Assembly: GCA_012837425.1 (NCBI GenBank)
Contig: DURE01000040.1
Span: 15,099 to 79,098, forward strand
From: Clostridiales bacterium
GTDB taxonomy: Bacteria; Bacillota; Clostridia; Oscillospirales; CAG-272
DNA length: 64,000 nucleotides
Direction of reading: 5' to 3'
Each line of letters begins with the position of its first letter. The stretch's first letter is position 1. Of the stretch, positions 8,697-19,200 are shown piece after piece. The notes below the pieces were generated by a model. That model did not search any database, was not told where the DNA came from, and saw only the letters and a list, made by a program, of their open reading frames with translations. A program made the translations under genes and the position numbers.

Positions 8697-11600
8697 ATGG
8701 AAAGAACGAAATTTACAAAGCTATGCGCTTTTCTCCTCGCATTGTCATTTCTGATACCCGGTGGCATGGTAGCCGCCGCGGCAGATGACACCGATTCAAG
8801 CTCGGTGACAGACAAGACGATTGACGATGTCAGGGAGCAGCTTAGTGCGATTTCGTATGATGAGTACAGCTCAAAGTATGCCAATGTTGGCAGAGCCGAG
8901 CGCGAAATCGTCATAAACGGTGTCGACTATGACAAGGAAAACACAACTGCCGCTGTTTATGCTGATACATATGACGGCGTGGAGGCGCTTTATACGCCCG
9001 ACACCGGCACGGTTTCCTGGAAGGTATCGATACCCGAGACTGCAAAGTACAGCATGATAGTAGAGTTTTATCCCGTCGTGGCCAAGTCCACTTCGGTTCA
9101 GCGCGTGCTGAGGATAGACGGCAGGATTCCCTTTGCCGAGTCGCGCTATATCACTATTTCAAAGAACTGGAAAAACGAATACCATGAGGGCGAGATAAAG
9201 GTCGGGAAGAATGAGAATCCGGACGATTATCTCGCTGCTGCAAGTGCAGCCGGAATAACCGCCAAGGCCGAGGCCAGGGAAGACGGGACCTACATACTTT
9301 ATTCGTTCCCCGAGTACTGGACGGCCGAGTCGTCAAAGCTGGTCGACGAAAACATAATACGATACTTCAGGCTGGATATCGACCGGAACGAAATACGCAA
9401 CACTATGTACCAGCAGCCCAAGTGGTCTGCCCTTGAGATGCGGGATATTGACGGCTTTTATCCCGAAAGCTTTGAATTTGTGTTTACCGCCGGCGAGCAT
9501 CAGATTTCGCTTGAGGCGGTTAACGAGCCTTTGGCTATAAAAGCCATAAGGCTTGTGCCCCATGAGGATTTGGTTCCCTATGAGGAATACAGAAGCCGCT
9601 ATGCAAACGAGCCCTACGGCACCGACAAAATCAAGATAGAGGGTGAATATACTTCGGCGATTTCCTCTCAGACCATTTACCCGGTCGAGGACAGAGCCGG
9701 CGCTATAAACTCGCCGACCGATACTTCAAGGACGGTTCTCAACACCATAGGCGGCGATAAATGGCAGACCTCGGGGCAGTGGGTTGAATACAGCTTCCGC
9801 CCGAGCACCGACGGCATATACCGGGTTGTGTTCAGGTTCAGGCAGAACATTCTTGACGGAATCTTTACCTCACGCGCAATGTATATCTACAGCGAGGGGC
9901 TCCAGGAGGGCGAGAAGGGCTATTACAACGGCATCCCCTTCAAGGAAGCTGCCGAGCTGGTCTTTAATTACTCTACAGACTGGCAGACCGGGTCGCTTCA
10001 GTACCCGATTAAGATTGAAGACGAAGAAGGCACCCTAAAAACCGAATATCGCGACATTGAGCTCTACTTCAAGGGCGGCGTGACCTATACGGTTAGATTC
10101 CAGGTCACGCTCGGAGCCATAGGAAGAATTGTGCGTCAGCTTAACGAGTCGCTGCTCTCGATAAACAACGACTATCTCTCGATTCTGAAGCTGACCGGCG
10201 CAAACCCCGACCCCTACCGCGATTACGGTTTTTACCGCATAATGCCGGATACCATAATAGACCTCAAGGTTCAGGCGCTTGTCCTTGAGAAAATTGCCGA
10301 CGAGCTTGCCTCAACCGCAGGAGTTAAGAGTACAAACGTCGCAACCCTTACCAAAATAGTCTGGCTGCTGCTCCGTATGAACGGTTCCGAGGACCAGGTT
10401 GCGCGCAACCTCAGCAACCTGAACAGCTATCTCGGAACGCTGGGTACGCTACTCAGCAACGTCAAGACCCAGCCGCTGCAGCTTGACTACCTGATAATCC
10501 AGTCGCCCGAAGAAAAGGTTCCGAAGGCAAAGCCGAACTTCTTTGAATCCTTCGCGCATGAAATTTCCAGCTTTATTATGAGCTTCATACGCAACTATGA
10601 CCGTATGGGAGCTACAGAGGCCTCACAGAGCAAGGACGCCATCGAGGTCTGGCTGGCCACTGGACGCGACCAGGCTCAGGTGGTCCGCAACCTCATCAAC
10701 AATGACTTTACGCCGCAGTTCGGACACCCGGTCAACCTGAAGCTGATTTCGGGCGCGACGCTTTTGCCCTCAATACTTGCGGGCAGGGGGCCGGATGTAT
10801 ACATAGGCCTTGGCGAGGACAATGTTATAAACTACGCAATACGCGGAGCCCTGATGAACGTCGAGAACTATGAGGGCTTCTATGATATTGCCATAAACGA
10901 AGAAACCCGCGAGTTCAACGAGGCAGCGATGCTGGTTCTCGGCATTTCCGACGCCGACGGTAATTACCATTATTATGGGCTTCCCGAAACGCAGCACTTC
11001 CCCATGATGTTCCTGCGAACCGATATCCTGTCCGACCTGGATATAGATATTCCGAGAACTTGGGACGACCTGCTTGAAGCCGTTCCGATACTTCAGGCAA
11101 ACAACATGCAGATAGGACTCAACTCGAGTCTTTCGCCCAACTACGGTGGCTCGGTTGCCAACGCTCCGCCTCCGGATTACAGAATATTCCTCTACCAGAT
11201 GGGCGGCACGCTTTTCGCTGATGACGGCATGAGAATAAATCTCGACTCGGATTTAGCACTCAAGGCCTTTGAGAAGATGTGCAACATGTTCACCATGTAT
11301 TCTTTCCCCTACAAATACGATTTTGCCAACCGCTTCAGGACCGGTGAGATGCCGATAGGCATATCTTCGTATACCAGCACGTATAACCTGCTTGTGGTTT
11401 ATGCTACTGAAATCAAGGGACTCTGGCAGTTCGTGCCGCTGCCCGGTTTTGAAGATGAAAACGGCAACATCGACAACACCACGGTTTCCACGGTGTCGGC
11501 TATAGTCATGATTGTCGGATGTGATAACGAGGAAGGCGCATGGGAGTTCATGAAATGGCATGCCGGCGCCGATTGCCAGAGCGCGTATGCCAATGAAATG

Positions 11601-12245
11601 GTTGCGATTCTCGGAGATTCGGCAAAGCACCCGACCGCCAACATCCACGCGCTCGAGAGCCTGCCCTGGACCACCGAGGAATACAATAACGTCAGCCTCC
11701 AGTTTAACAGACTCGCGTCGATTCCCAACTATCCCGGCTCCTACATAATCACCCGTTACGTCAAATTCGCATACCTGGATGCCTACAACGACAACAAGGA
11801 CCCGGTCGAAAGAATTCAGAACTATGTTCCGATTATCAACAAGGAGATAATCAAAAAGCGGCTCGAATTTGACCTTGAAGTGCTTGAGCTCGGACAGACT
11901 CTGGCCGAGAAGAGAATAGACCAGGTGTTGTGGCTCCTTGATAAGATTGAGGCATCGCTTTCATATTCCGCTGCATACGCCGAGGCAATACACGGAGTGC
12001 GCTATGCAATTGAGAGCGAAGAGCCTGCGGCAATGATTGTGTCGGCCGAAGCCATCACAAACATACTGAATACGCTTGACCCGACTGGCTCTATTGTTGA
12101 CAATGAGATAGACGCCGTCAAGAAGGCAAAGAACTGCTTTGCTTACGATGTGTACAAATATACCGATGATTTTGCAACCCTTATCTATTACACGGCAAAA
12201 TTTACAAACGAAGCAGGTAAGGCGCTTATTTCATACATACATTAA
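8697..12245 (+). CDS. Giant extracellular solute-binding protein (ABC, CUT1-like) with N-terminal CBM-like modules
   Basis: 1182 aa. Signal peptide MERTKFTKLCAFLLALSFLIPGGMVAAAADD with an AxA-type site and no lipobox. The N-terminal half is beta-rich and CBM-like (AKYSMIVEFYPV..., GQWVEYSFRPSTDGIYRVVFRF). The C-terminal half resembles family-1 SBPs (IEVWLATGRDQAQVVRNLINNDFTPQ..., ILAGRGPDVYIGLG). Confidence 0.7.
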   Translation: MERTKFTKLCAFLLALSFLIPGGMVAAAADDTDSSSVTDKTIDDVREQLSAISYDEYSSKYANVGRAEREIVINGVDYDKENTTAAVYADTYDGVEALYTPDTGTVSWKVSIPETAKYSMIVEFYPVVAKSTSVQRVLRIDGRIPFAESRYITISKNWKNEYHEGEIKVGKNENPDDYLAAASAAGITAKAEAREDGTYILYSFPEYWTAESSKLVDENIIRYFRLDIDRNEIRNTMYQQPKWSALEMRDIDGFYPESFEFVFTAGEHQISLEAVNEPLAIKAIRLVPHEDLVPYEEYRSRYANEPYGTDKIKIEGEYTSAISSQTIYPVEDRAGAINSPTDTSRTVLNTIGGDKWQTSGQWVEYSFRPSTDGIYRVVFRFRQNILDGIFTSRAMYIYSEGLQEGEKGYYNGIPFKEAAELVFNYSTDWQTGSLQYPIKIEDEEGTLKTEYRDIELYFKGGVTYTVRFQVTLGAIGRIVRQLNESLLSINNDYLSILKLTGANPDPYRDYGFYRIMPDTIIDLKVQALVLEKIADELASTAGVKSTNVATLTKIVWLLLRMNGSEDQVARNLSNLNSYLGTLGTLLSNVKTQPLQLDYLIIQSPEEKVPKAKPNFFESFAHEISSFIMSFIRNYDRMGATEASQSKDAIEVWLATGRDQAQVVRNLINNDFTPQFGHPVNLKLISGATLLPSILAGRGPDVYIGLGEDNVINYAIRGALMNVENYEGFYDIAINEETREFNEAAMLVLGISDADGNYHYYGLPETQHFPMMFLRTDILSDLDIDIPRTWDDLLEAVPILQANNMQIGLNSSLSPNYGGSVANAPPPDYRIFLYQMGGTLFADDGMRINLDSDLALKAFEKMCNMFTMYSFPYKYDFANRFRTGEMPIGISSYTSTYNLLVVYATEIKGLWQFVPLPGFEDENGNIDNTTVSTVSAIVMIVGCDNEEGAWEFMKWHAGADCQSAYANEMVAILGDSAKHPTANIHALESLPWTTEEYNNVSLQFNRLASIPNYPGSYIITRYVKFAYLDAYNDNKDPVERIQNYVPIINKEIIKKRLEFDLEVLELGQTLAEKRIDQVLWLLDKIEASLSYSAAYAEAIHGVRYAIESEEPAAMIVSAEAITNILNTLDPTGSIVDNEIDAVKKAKNCFAYDVYKYTDDFATLIYYTAKFTNEAGKALISYIH

Positions 12246-12289
12246 TTTTTCAATGAAATCAATGAAATCTATGTAAGGAGAGAGAACAC

Positions 12290-13237
12290 ATGTCGCAGAA
12301 AACGGCTGGAGTGCGAGCTGTAGCCCGTAAGGATATGACGCGCAGGCAGTGGATATGGAAAGAGATGAAGCGCAACAAGGTGGGCTATATCATGGTTGCG
12401 CCCTACATGATTCTTTTCACGATATTCACCGTCATACCCGTGCTGTTGTCAATGGTGATAAGCTTCACCGACTTCAACATGCTGCAGTGGCCGAATTTCG
12501 TATTCCTTGACAACTATATCAACCTGTTCCTCGATGACGACATTTTTCTTATAGCCGTTAAGAACACCTTCATTTTCGCGGCTATTGTGGGGCCGGCATC
12601 CTATCTGATGTCCTTCCTTGTCGCCTGGTTCATAAACGAGCTGCCGCCGAAAATCAGGGCCGTCGTCACGCTCATATTCTATGCGCCCTCAATTTCGGGT
12701 GAGGTCTACATGATTTGGAGGACACTCTTTTCGGGCGACTCGTACGGCTGGGTCAACGCGACACTGTTGCGGCTTGACATAATAACCAAGGAGATTCAGT
12801 TCTTTGAAGATAAAGACTGGGTTATGCCACTGTGTATTGTGGTTGCACTTTGGCTTTCGCTGGGCACCACCTTCCTGGCCTTCATCGCCGGCCTGCAGGG
12901 CGTGCGGCGTGAGCTTTACGAGGCCGGGGCGGTTGACGGTATCAGAAACCGCTGGCAGGAGTTGTGGTACATAACACTGCCCGAAATGAAGCCCCAGCTC
13001 ATGTTCGGAGCTATTATGTCGATTACCAGTTCGTTCGGGTTCGGCGCGGTTGTCACCAACCTTTGCGGCTACCCGTCGGTTGACTACGCGGCGCACACTA
13101 TTATGCACCACCTTGACGACTACGGGCACTTGCGGCTTGAAATCGGATATTCTTCGACGATAGCGGTTGTGCTTTTCGCAATAATGATTGGCGCAAACCT
13201 CTTGGTTTCGAAATTAATTTCAAAGGTGGGACGGTAA
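12290..13237 (+). CDS. Sugar ABC transporter permease (MalF-like)
   Basis: 315 aa with 6 TM helices and the EAA-loop region ELYEAGAVDGIRNRWQELWYITLPEMKP. RBS AAGGAGAG. Confidence 0.85.
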   Translation: MSQKTAGVRAVARKDMTRRQWIWKEMKRNKVGYIMVAPYMILFTIFTVIPVLLSMVISFTDFNMLQWPNFVFLDNYINLFLDDDIFLIAVKNTFIFAAIVGPASYLMSFLVAWFINELPPKIRAVVTLIFYAPSISGEVYMIWRTLFSGDSYGWVNATLLRLDIITKEIQFFEDKDWVMPLCIVVALWLSLGTTFLAFIAGLQGVRRELYEAGAVDGIRNRWQELWYITLPEMKPQLMFGAIMSITSSFGFGAVVTNLCGYPSVDYAAHTIMHHLDDYGHLRLEIGYSSTIAVVLFAIMIGANLLVSKLISKVGR

Positions 13238-13238
13238 T

Positions 13239-14111
13239 ATGGCAAAGCTTAGAACAAGAAAGCATAGAGTGGTTCTCAGCCGTTCGGCCGGCGGAGACAC
13301 CGGCATTACGATACTGCTGACATTTCTTGGGGCGTTTATGCTCCTGCCGATGCTCTATGCTATAATGCAGTCGCTAAAGCCCCTGGATGAACTTTGGAGG
13401 TTCCCCCCGAGATTCTATGTCACAAAACCCACCTTAAAGAATTTCAGGGACCTGTTCGTCCTGATGAATACGGCCTGGGTACCCTTTTCAAGGTATCTGT
13501 TCAACACCATGTTCACATCGATTGTAGGCACCACTGGGCACTTGTTTATCGCCTCGATGGCCGCGTATGCCATGGCGAAAATCCCCATGCCGGGCGGCAG
13601 AGCGATGTTCAGGACGGTGCGGATGTCGCTCATGTTCCATTCGACGGTAACCGCCGTGACCAGCTTCATTATAATGAGCGCCTTCGGGTGGATAGACACA
13701 TATCTTGCAATTATCTTTCCGGCGCTGGTCTTTACGCTCGGCCTTTACCTGATGAAGCAGTTCATGGAATCAAACGTTACTGATTCGGTGCTTGAGAGCG
13801 CCCGGATAGACGGCGCCTCGGAGTTCAGAATCTTCTGGGTCATTGCAATGCCGATGGTAAAACCCGCTTGGTTGACGCTTATCATCTACTGCTTCGAGAG
13901 GCTCTGGAACGCAGGGGTTTCGATTTATATACATTCAGAGCAGCTCAAATCCTTCAACTACGCTATTCACCAGATAATGGCGGGCGGAATCAAGCGTGCA
14001 GGAGCCGCCGCCGCCGCTACTGTTGTTATGATGGTTGTGCCTATTTCGGTGTTCGTTATTACGCAGTCGAACATCATTGAGACAATGGGCTCCAGCGGAA
14101 TGAAAGACTAA
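13239..14111 (+). CDS. Carbohydrate ABC transporter permease (MalG-like)
   Basis: 290 aa with the EAA loop SVLESARIDGASEFRIFWVIAMPMVKP. It starts immediately after the preceding permease gene. Confidence 0.85.
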   Translation: MAKLRTRKHRVVLSRSAGGDTGITILLTFLGAFMLLPMLYAIMQSLKPLDELWRFPPRFYVTKPTLKNFRDLFVLMNTAWVPFSRYLFNTMFTSIVGTTGHLFIASMAAYAMAKIPMPGGRAMFRTVRMSLMFHSTVTAVTSFIIMSAFGWIDTYLAIIFPALVFTLGLYLMKQFMESNVTDSVLESARIDGASEFRIFWVIAMPMVKPAWLTLIIYCFERLWNAGVSIYIHSEQLKSFNYAIHQIMAGGIKRAGAAAAATVVMMVVPISVFVITQSNIIETMGSSGMKD

Positions 14112-14128
14112 AGGGGGAGGTGAGAAAA

Positions 14129-16267
14129 ATGAAGAAAGCTGCCTCGATTCTGTGCCTTTTGTTTGTGCTTATCCTGCTCTTTTCAATTCCGATAAGCGCG
14201 GCAAAGCCCTATCAGACCTATACCTACAGCGCAGACCCCCCGAAGATGACCTACGCGCAGTATTCGCCCGACGCCTATACGCCGCTGATGACGGTTGACT
14301 CAACCTATATGGGGCTTGACGAGGCCATTTCCGACCCGCGGGATATTTTTGTCGACGACAGGATGAACGTATACATCGCCGACGCAAAGAACAACCGGAT
14401 AGTTGTGCTTGACCGCTACTACAAGCTAAAGTTCATTATCAAGGAGTTCATCAACGAATTCGGCATTGAAGACGAGTTCACGGCGCCTTCGGGCGTGTTT
14501 GTCACCAAGGATACCATCTATGTCTGCGACACCGATGCCAACCGGATTGTCACCTTTGACCGTGACGGCAATTACAAGAAGATAATCCCGCAGCCCGAGA
14601 GCAACCTGTTTGAAAACGATGCGGTCTACAAGCCTATAGCCGTCGCCGTCGACCAGTACGACAGAATCTATGTCGTTTCCTCGACCACATACGAGGGCAT
14701 TCTTGTCATGACATCGGACGGCGAGATGACCGGCTTTATAGGCGCTCAGGCGGTCACCATTTCAAAATGGGAGATTCTGTGGATGAGATTCCAGACCGCC
14801 GAGCAGAGGGCCCTGACCGCCTCCTTCATACCCACCGAGTTCAACAATATCACCATTACCCAGGATGGCTTCATCTACGCTACTATCGCGTCGATAGAGG
14901 ATTCTCAGGTCAGCAGCTTTATAAACGGCGGGAGCAGCAAATACTCGCCGGTTAAAATGCTCAACGCCGCCGGCGATGAAATTATGAGGCGGAACGGCTT
15001 TCAGGCGCCGGCCGGTGAAATCAGATTTGACAGAATGAACATGGAATCTATCACCGGACCCTCCAAACTGGTTGACGTTGCGGTGGGACCCGAGAAGACC
15101 TGGTCGATAATCGATGAAAAAAGAAGCAAGATATTCACCTATGACTTTGACGGCAACCTCCTTTTCGCCTTCGGAAACGACGGCTCGCAGCTCGGAAATA
15201 TCAAGACCATAAGGGCCGTTGCATATCAGGGCGACGCGCTCCTGGTGCTTGACAGCAACTTTAACAGCTTTACGGTCTTTGAGAGGACCGAGTACGGCAA
15301 TATCCTGATTCGTGCACTGGCCGATGAAAACGCGCGCCGCTACAGCAAGGCGGTTGAGGGCTGGACCGAGATACTTAAGCGAAACATCAACTTCGACACC
15401 GCCTATATCGGTATCGGCAAAGCGCTCTACAGGAGCGGCGAGTACGATAAGGCTATGGCCTACTACAGGGCGGCCTATGACACCACAAACTACTCGGAGG
15501 CCTACAAGGAGGTCCGCAAGGCCTGGATTTCCAGGTTCGTGCTGCTCATACCGGTAATTATTATCGTCATTGTTGTGGCATGTACCAAATTCATGCAGTA
15601 TGCGTCCAAGGTCAACAGGCGCGCGGCAACCGCCGGGGGCAAACGCACCTTCAAGGAGGAGCTGCTCTACGCTTTCCATGTAATCTTTCATCCCTTTGAT
15701 GGCTACTGGGACTTAAAGTATGAAAAACGTGGCTCAATGCGCGCGGCCGTGGTGATAATTCTGGCTACCATAATGACATATTACTATGACTCTATAGGCT
15801 CAGGCTATATAGTAAACCAATACGGCTTTTACAATTCGATAATGTCGGTTGCAATCAACAGCGTGCTGGCGCCTCTGTTCCTGTTTGCAACCGCGAACTG
15901 GTGCCTTACAACCCTGTTTGACGGCGAGGGAAGTTTCAAGAATGTTGTAGTAGCAATCTCATATGCACTTATCCCGTTGATTCTCACTCAGATTCCGGTC
16001 ACAATCATGTCGAACTTGGTGACAGTCGAGGAGGTAAACATCCTGAATCTGGTTACGACTATAGGAGTTATCTGGACCGGCATTTTGGTGTTCCTCGGCA
16101 TGATGGTAACCCACGATTATTCACTTTTCAAAGGCGTCACAACAACCATCGGAACGATTATCGGCATGGTGTTTATAATGTTCTTCGGAATATTGTTTGC
16201 GACCCTCCTTGGAAAGCTTGTGAGCTTCGTCACCAACATCGTCCTTGAAATCGGTTACCGAATATGA
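14129..16267 (+). CDS. Signal peptide + NHL-repeat beta-propeller + TPR + C-terminal Yip1-type polytopic membrane domain protein
   Basis: RBS GGGGGAGG, then ATG 14129. NHL-like repeats: RDIFVDDRMNVYIADAKNNRIVVLD, PSGVFVTKDTIYVCDTDANRIVTFD, PIAVAVDQYDRIYVVS. TPR-like segment GKALYRSGEYDKAMAYYRAAYD. About five C-terminal TM helices resemble Yip1 family proteins. Confidence 0.65.
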   Translation: MKKAASILCLLFVLILLFSIPISAAKPYQTYTYSADPPKMTYAQYSPDAYTPLMTVDSTYMGLDEAISDPRDIFVDDRMNVYIADAKNNRIVVLDRYYKLKFIIKEFINEFGIEDEFTAPSGVFVTKDTIYVCDTDANRIVTFDRDGNYKKIIPQPESNLFENDAVYKPIAVAVDQYDRIYVVSSTTYEGILVMTSDGEMTGFIGAQAVTISKWEILWMRFQTAEQRALTASFIPTEFNNITITQDGFIYATIASIEDSQVSSFINGGSSKYSPVKMLNAAGDEIMRRNGFQAPAGEIRFDRMNMESITGPSKLVDVAVGPEKTWSIIDEKRSKIFTYDFDGNLLFAFGNDGSQLGNIKTIRAVAYQGDALLVLDSNFNSFTVFERTEYGNILIRALADENARRYSKAVEGWTEILKRNINFDTAYIGIGKALYRSGEYDKAMAYYRAAYDTTNYSEAYKEVRKAWISRFVLLIPVIIIVIVVACTKFMQYASKVNRRAATAGGKRTFKEELLYAFHVIFHPFDGYWDLKYEKRGSMRAAVVIILATIMTYYYDSIGSGYIVNQYGFYNSIMSVAINSVLAPLFLFATANWCLTTLFDGEGSFKNVVVAISYALIPLILTQIPVTIMSNLVTVEEVNILNLVTTIGVIWTGILVFLGMMVTHDYSLFKGVTTTIGTIIGMVFIMFFGILFATLLGKLVSFVTNIVLEIGYRI

Positions 16268-16293
16268 GTTGCGGAAAGAGAGGTATTAATATA

Positions 16294-19200
16294 ATGAATA
16301 AATTTATCAAAACAATATCCCTGCTCTTGACTGCAATAACGCTGCTTGGCAGCCTTTCGTGGTTGTCGGTAATCGGAGTATCTGCTACGTCCTCGAAAGA
16401 AAAGGATGAAGGTCCTACCATCGAGGAAATTCTTGAGGGATATTTGACCAAAAAGTACGATACCCCCGAGGCGAAGCTCTCCACAATGGAACTCAGGCTC
16501 GAAAAAGACGGGTACGAGCTCTGGGTCGACAAGCAGAGCGGTGAAGTTGCGACGGTAGATCAGGCAACCGGCCAGATATTGTTTTCAAATCCTTATGATA
16601 TTGCCACCTCACACGGCTCTGCCTCCACAAAAGAACAGATTATGTCGCAGATTCATGTCAGGTATATTGACAATGACACCGAAAAATCCTTCTTCAGCTT
16701 TGTCGAGGCGGCCTACAGAGGGCAGATTAAGGTAAAGAACATCAAAAACGGCATCCGTGTCGAGTATACGCTCGGCCGCGAGGAAACCAGAATGCTGGTT
16801 CCCAGGCTTATCAGAAGAGACCGTTTCGAAACCTTAATCCGCGATGTTGCCGCGGCCGAGCTCGGAGAGGAAAACTTCACCTTCAAGAAACTGGATGCTT
16901 ACTATTCGTTAAAAGACCCTGACGAGCTCGTTTCAGACCGGGCAAGGGCGGAGCTGCATGCAGCATTTCCGATTACCAAGAGGATGGCGGTTTATATCTT
17001 TGACCCCACGGCGTCTGAGACCGAAATTCGCAAGATTGAGGAAATAATCAAGACATACTGTCCGCTGTATACATACGAGATGCTTGATGAAGACCATGAA
17101 ATTACCGAATTTGAGGGTACAGACCGCGCGCCCGCACTCTTCAAAATGGCACTTGAGTACACGCTTGACGAGTACGGCGTGAGCGTCAGGCTGCCGGCAA
17201 ACGGCATACGTTTTGACGAATCTCAATATAAGCTTGAGTATATTAGCATACTTCCGTACATGGGCGCCGGCGCAAGCTATTCGGCGGCCGACAAAACGAA
17301 AACCCAGACCGGCTATACCTTTTTCCCGGACGGCTCTGGCTCGCTTTTCAGGTTTGAGAAGCTTGCGCCCCTGCCGACCACAACCATAGCCGGCAAGGTT
17401 TATGGCCCCGACTACGCTTACCAGACGCTTACCGGCTCCAACCAGGAGATAATAAGATACCCCGCATTCGGCATTGTATCGAATGATATTATTTCACAGT
17501 ATGTCCGAGCCGAAATTGACGGCAAGATTTCGCTTGTGCTGCAGGATGTAATGGTTGACAACGGGTATCTTGCCGTGATAGAGGAGGGCGACGCGCTGAC
17601 CGATATTTACACCAACCATGCGGCACAGCTGCATAAATACAATTACATGGAGATGCGCGTCTATCCCCGGCCCAAAGACTCCTATAATATGAGAGACGCT
17701 ATCTCTGTCGGTATGAACACGACCTGGACGGTTGTCTCCTCCAGAAAATACGTGGGCAGCTACAAAGTCAGATATTTCATGCTGACCGATGACAATATCG
17801 CCAAGGAAAAGGGCTTTACGAAATATTACGAGGCCTCATGGCTCGGTATGGCGACCGCATACCGCGAGTATCTCGCCAAAACCGGCGTACTCGAGCGGCT
17901 TTCCGATGATGATGTCAAGCCCGATATTCCGCTTTACATCGAGACCTTCGGAGCAATTGAGACTATCGAGAAGATACTCTCAATTCCGGTGAGCACAATG
18001 GTTCCTCTGACCTCCTTTGAGGATATAAGGACGATGTACGACGAGCTGTCGGCAGACGGCATATCAAATATCAACTTCAAGCTCACCGGCTATGCCAACG
18101 GAGGCATGTACTCGTCAATTCCTTACAATCTGAAATGGGAGAAAGCAGTCGGCGGCAAGGATGGCTTCGAGGAGCTTATCGGGTATGCTGAGGAGAAGGA
18201 CTTCGGGGTTTATCCCGACTTCGACTTTGCCTATGCCTGGAGTGGGCTCAACGGGCTGTTTGACGGGCTCAGCCAAAAGCAGCATTACGCAAAGTCTATT
18301 GACAACAGGTACGCCAACCGGCGCGAATACAGCGCGCTCTATCAGACCTTCACGCAAAGGTTCGCATTTTCTTTCAGCATGGTTATCTCGCCAGCTTATT
18401 TCAGTCATTTCTATGAAAAGCTGTCCGACAACTATAAAAAGAGTGGCGCAACCTCTATTTCGGTGTCGACGCTCGGCTCATCTCTCAACTCGGATTTTGA
18501 CGAAAAAGAACCCTACAACCGCGAGGACTCCAAATTCTTCACGATTGAGGCCTTCAAATATCTGGACAGCAATTACGACAGCATTATGACCAGCGGCGGA
18601 AATGCCTATACCTGGAAATATGTCGACCACATACTTGATGTGTCGCTCGACTCGAGCCGCTATGTGAGGTCAAGCAACTCTGTTCCCTTTATCGGAACGG
18701 TGCTGCACGGCTCGGTTCAGTTTGCGGGCACCCCGCTCAATATGGAGGGCAATATCGGCTACGCAAAGCTGAGGATAATCGAGAACGGCGCCGCACCCTA
18801 CTTCATACTGTCATATCAGAATCAGACCCTTCTCAAGGAAGACAGGTATTTCAGCAAATACTATTCGGTGCGTTACGATATTTGGCATCGTGAGCTTGTG
18901 GACATCTACAACGAGCTCAACAGTCTGCTTGCAGATGTTCAGACAAAACTGATTATCGACCACAAATTCTTCATTGGCGAGCGTATTCCCGATGAGGACG
19001 AACTGCAGGCCGACATCCTTGAGGAGATGAACAGAATAGGCAAGGAGCATGCCGACGCCGAGGCCGAGGCCGAAGTCAAGGCAATCAAAGCCATACTTGA
19101 TGCCAGAATGACCGCCAAAAACAATGCCGCCAAGACCCAGGAGCTTCTTGCCACCGCAATCAAGGCGGCCGACGATGCCGAAGCGTCGATAACGGCTATC

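Noticed and set aside
14762-15691. 309-aa ORF on the minus strand
   Set aside because: It lies wholly antisense to the NHL-TPR-Yip1 gene. It has no motifs, no RBS and no promoter, so it is an open antisense frame by codon composition. It is unusually long, so it would deserve a Ribo-seq look, but nothing in the sequence supports it.
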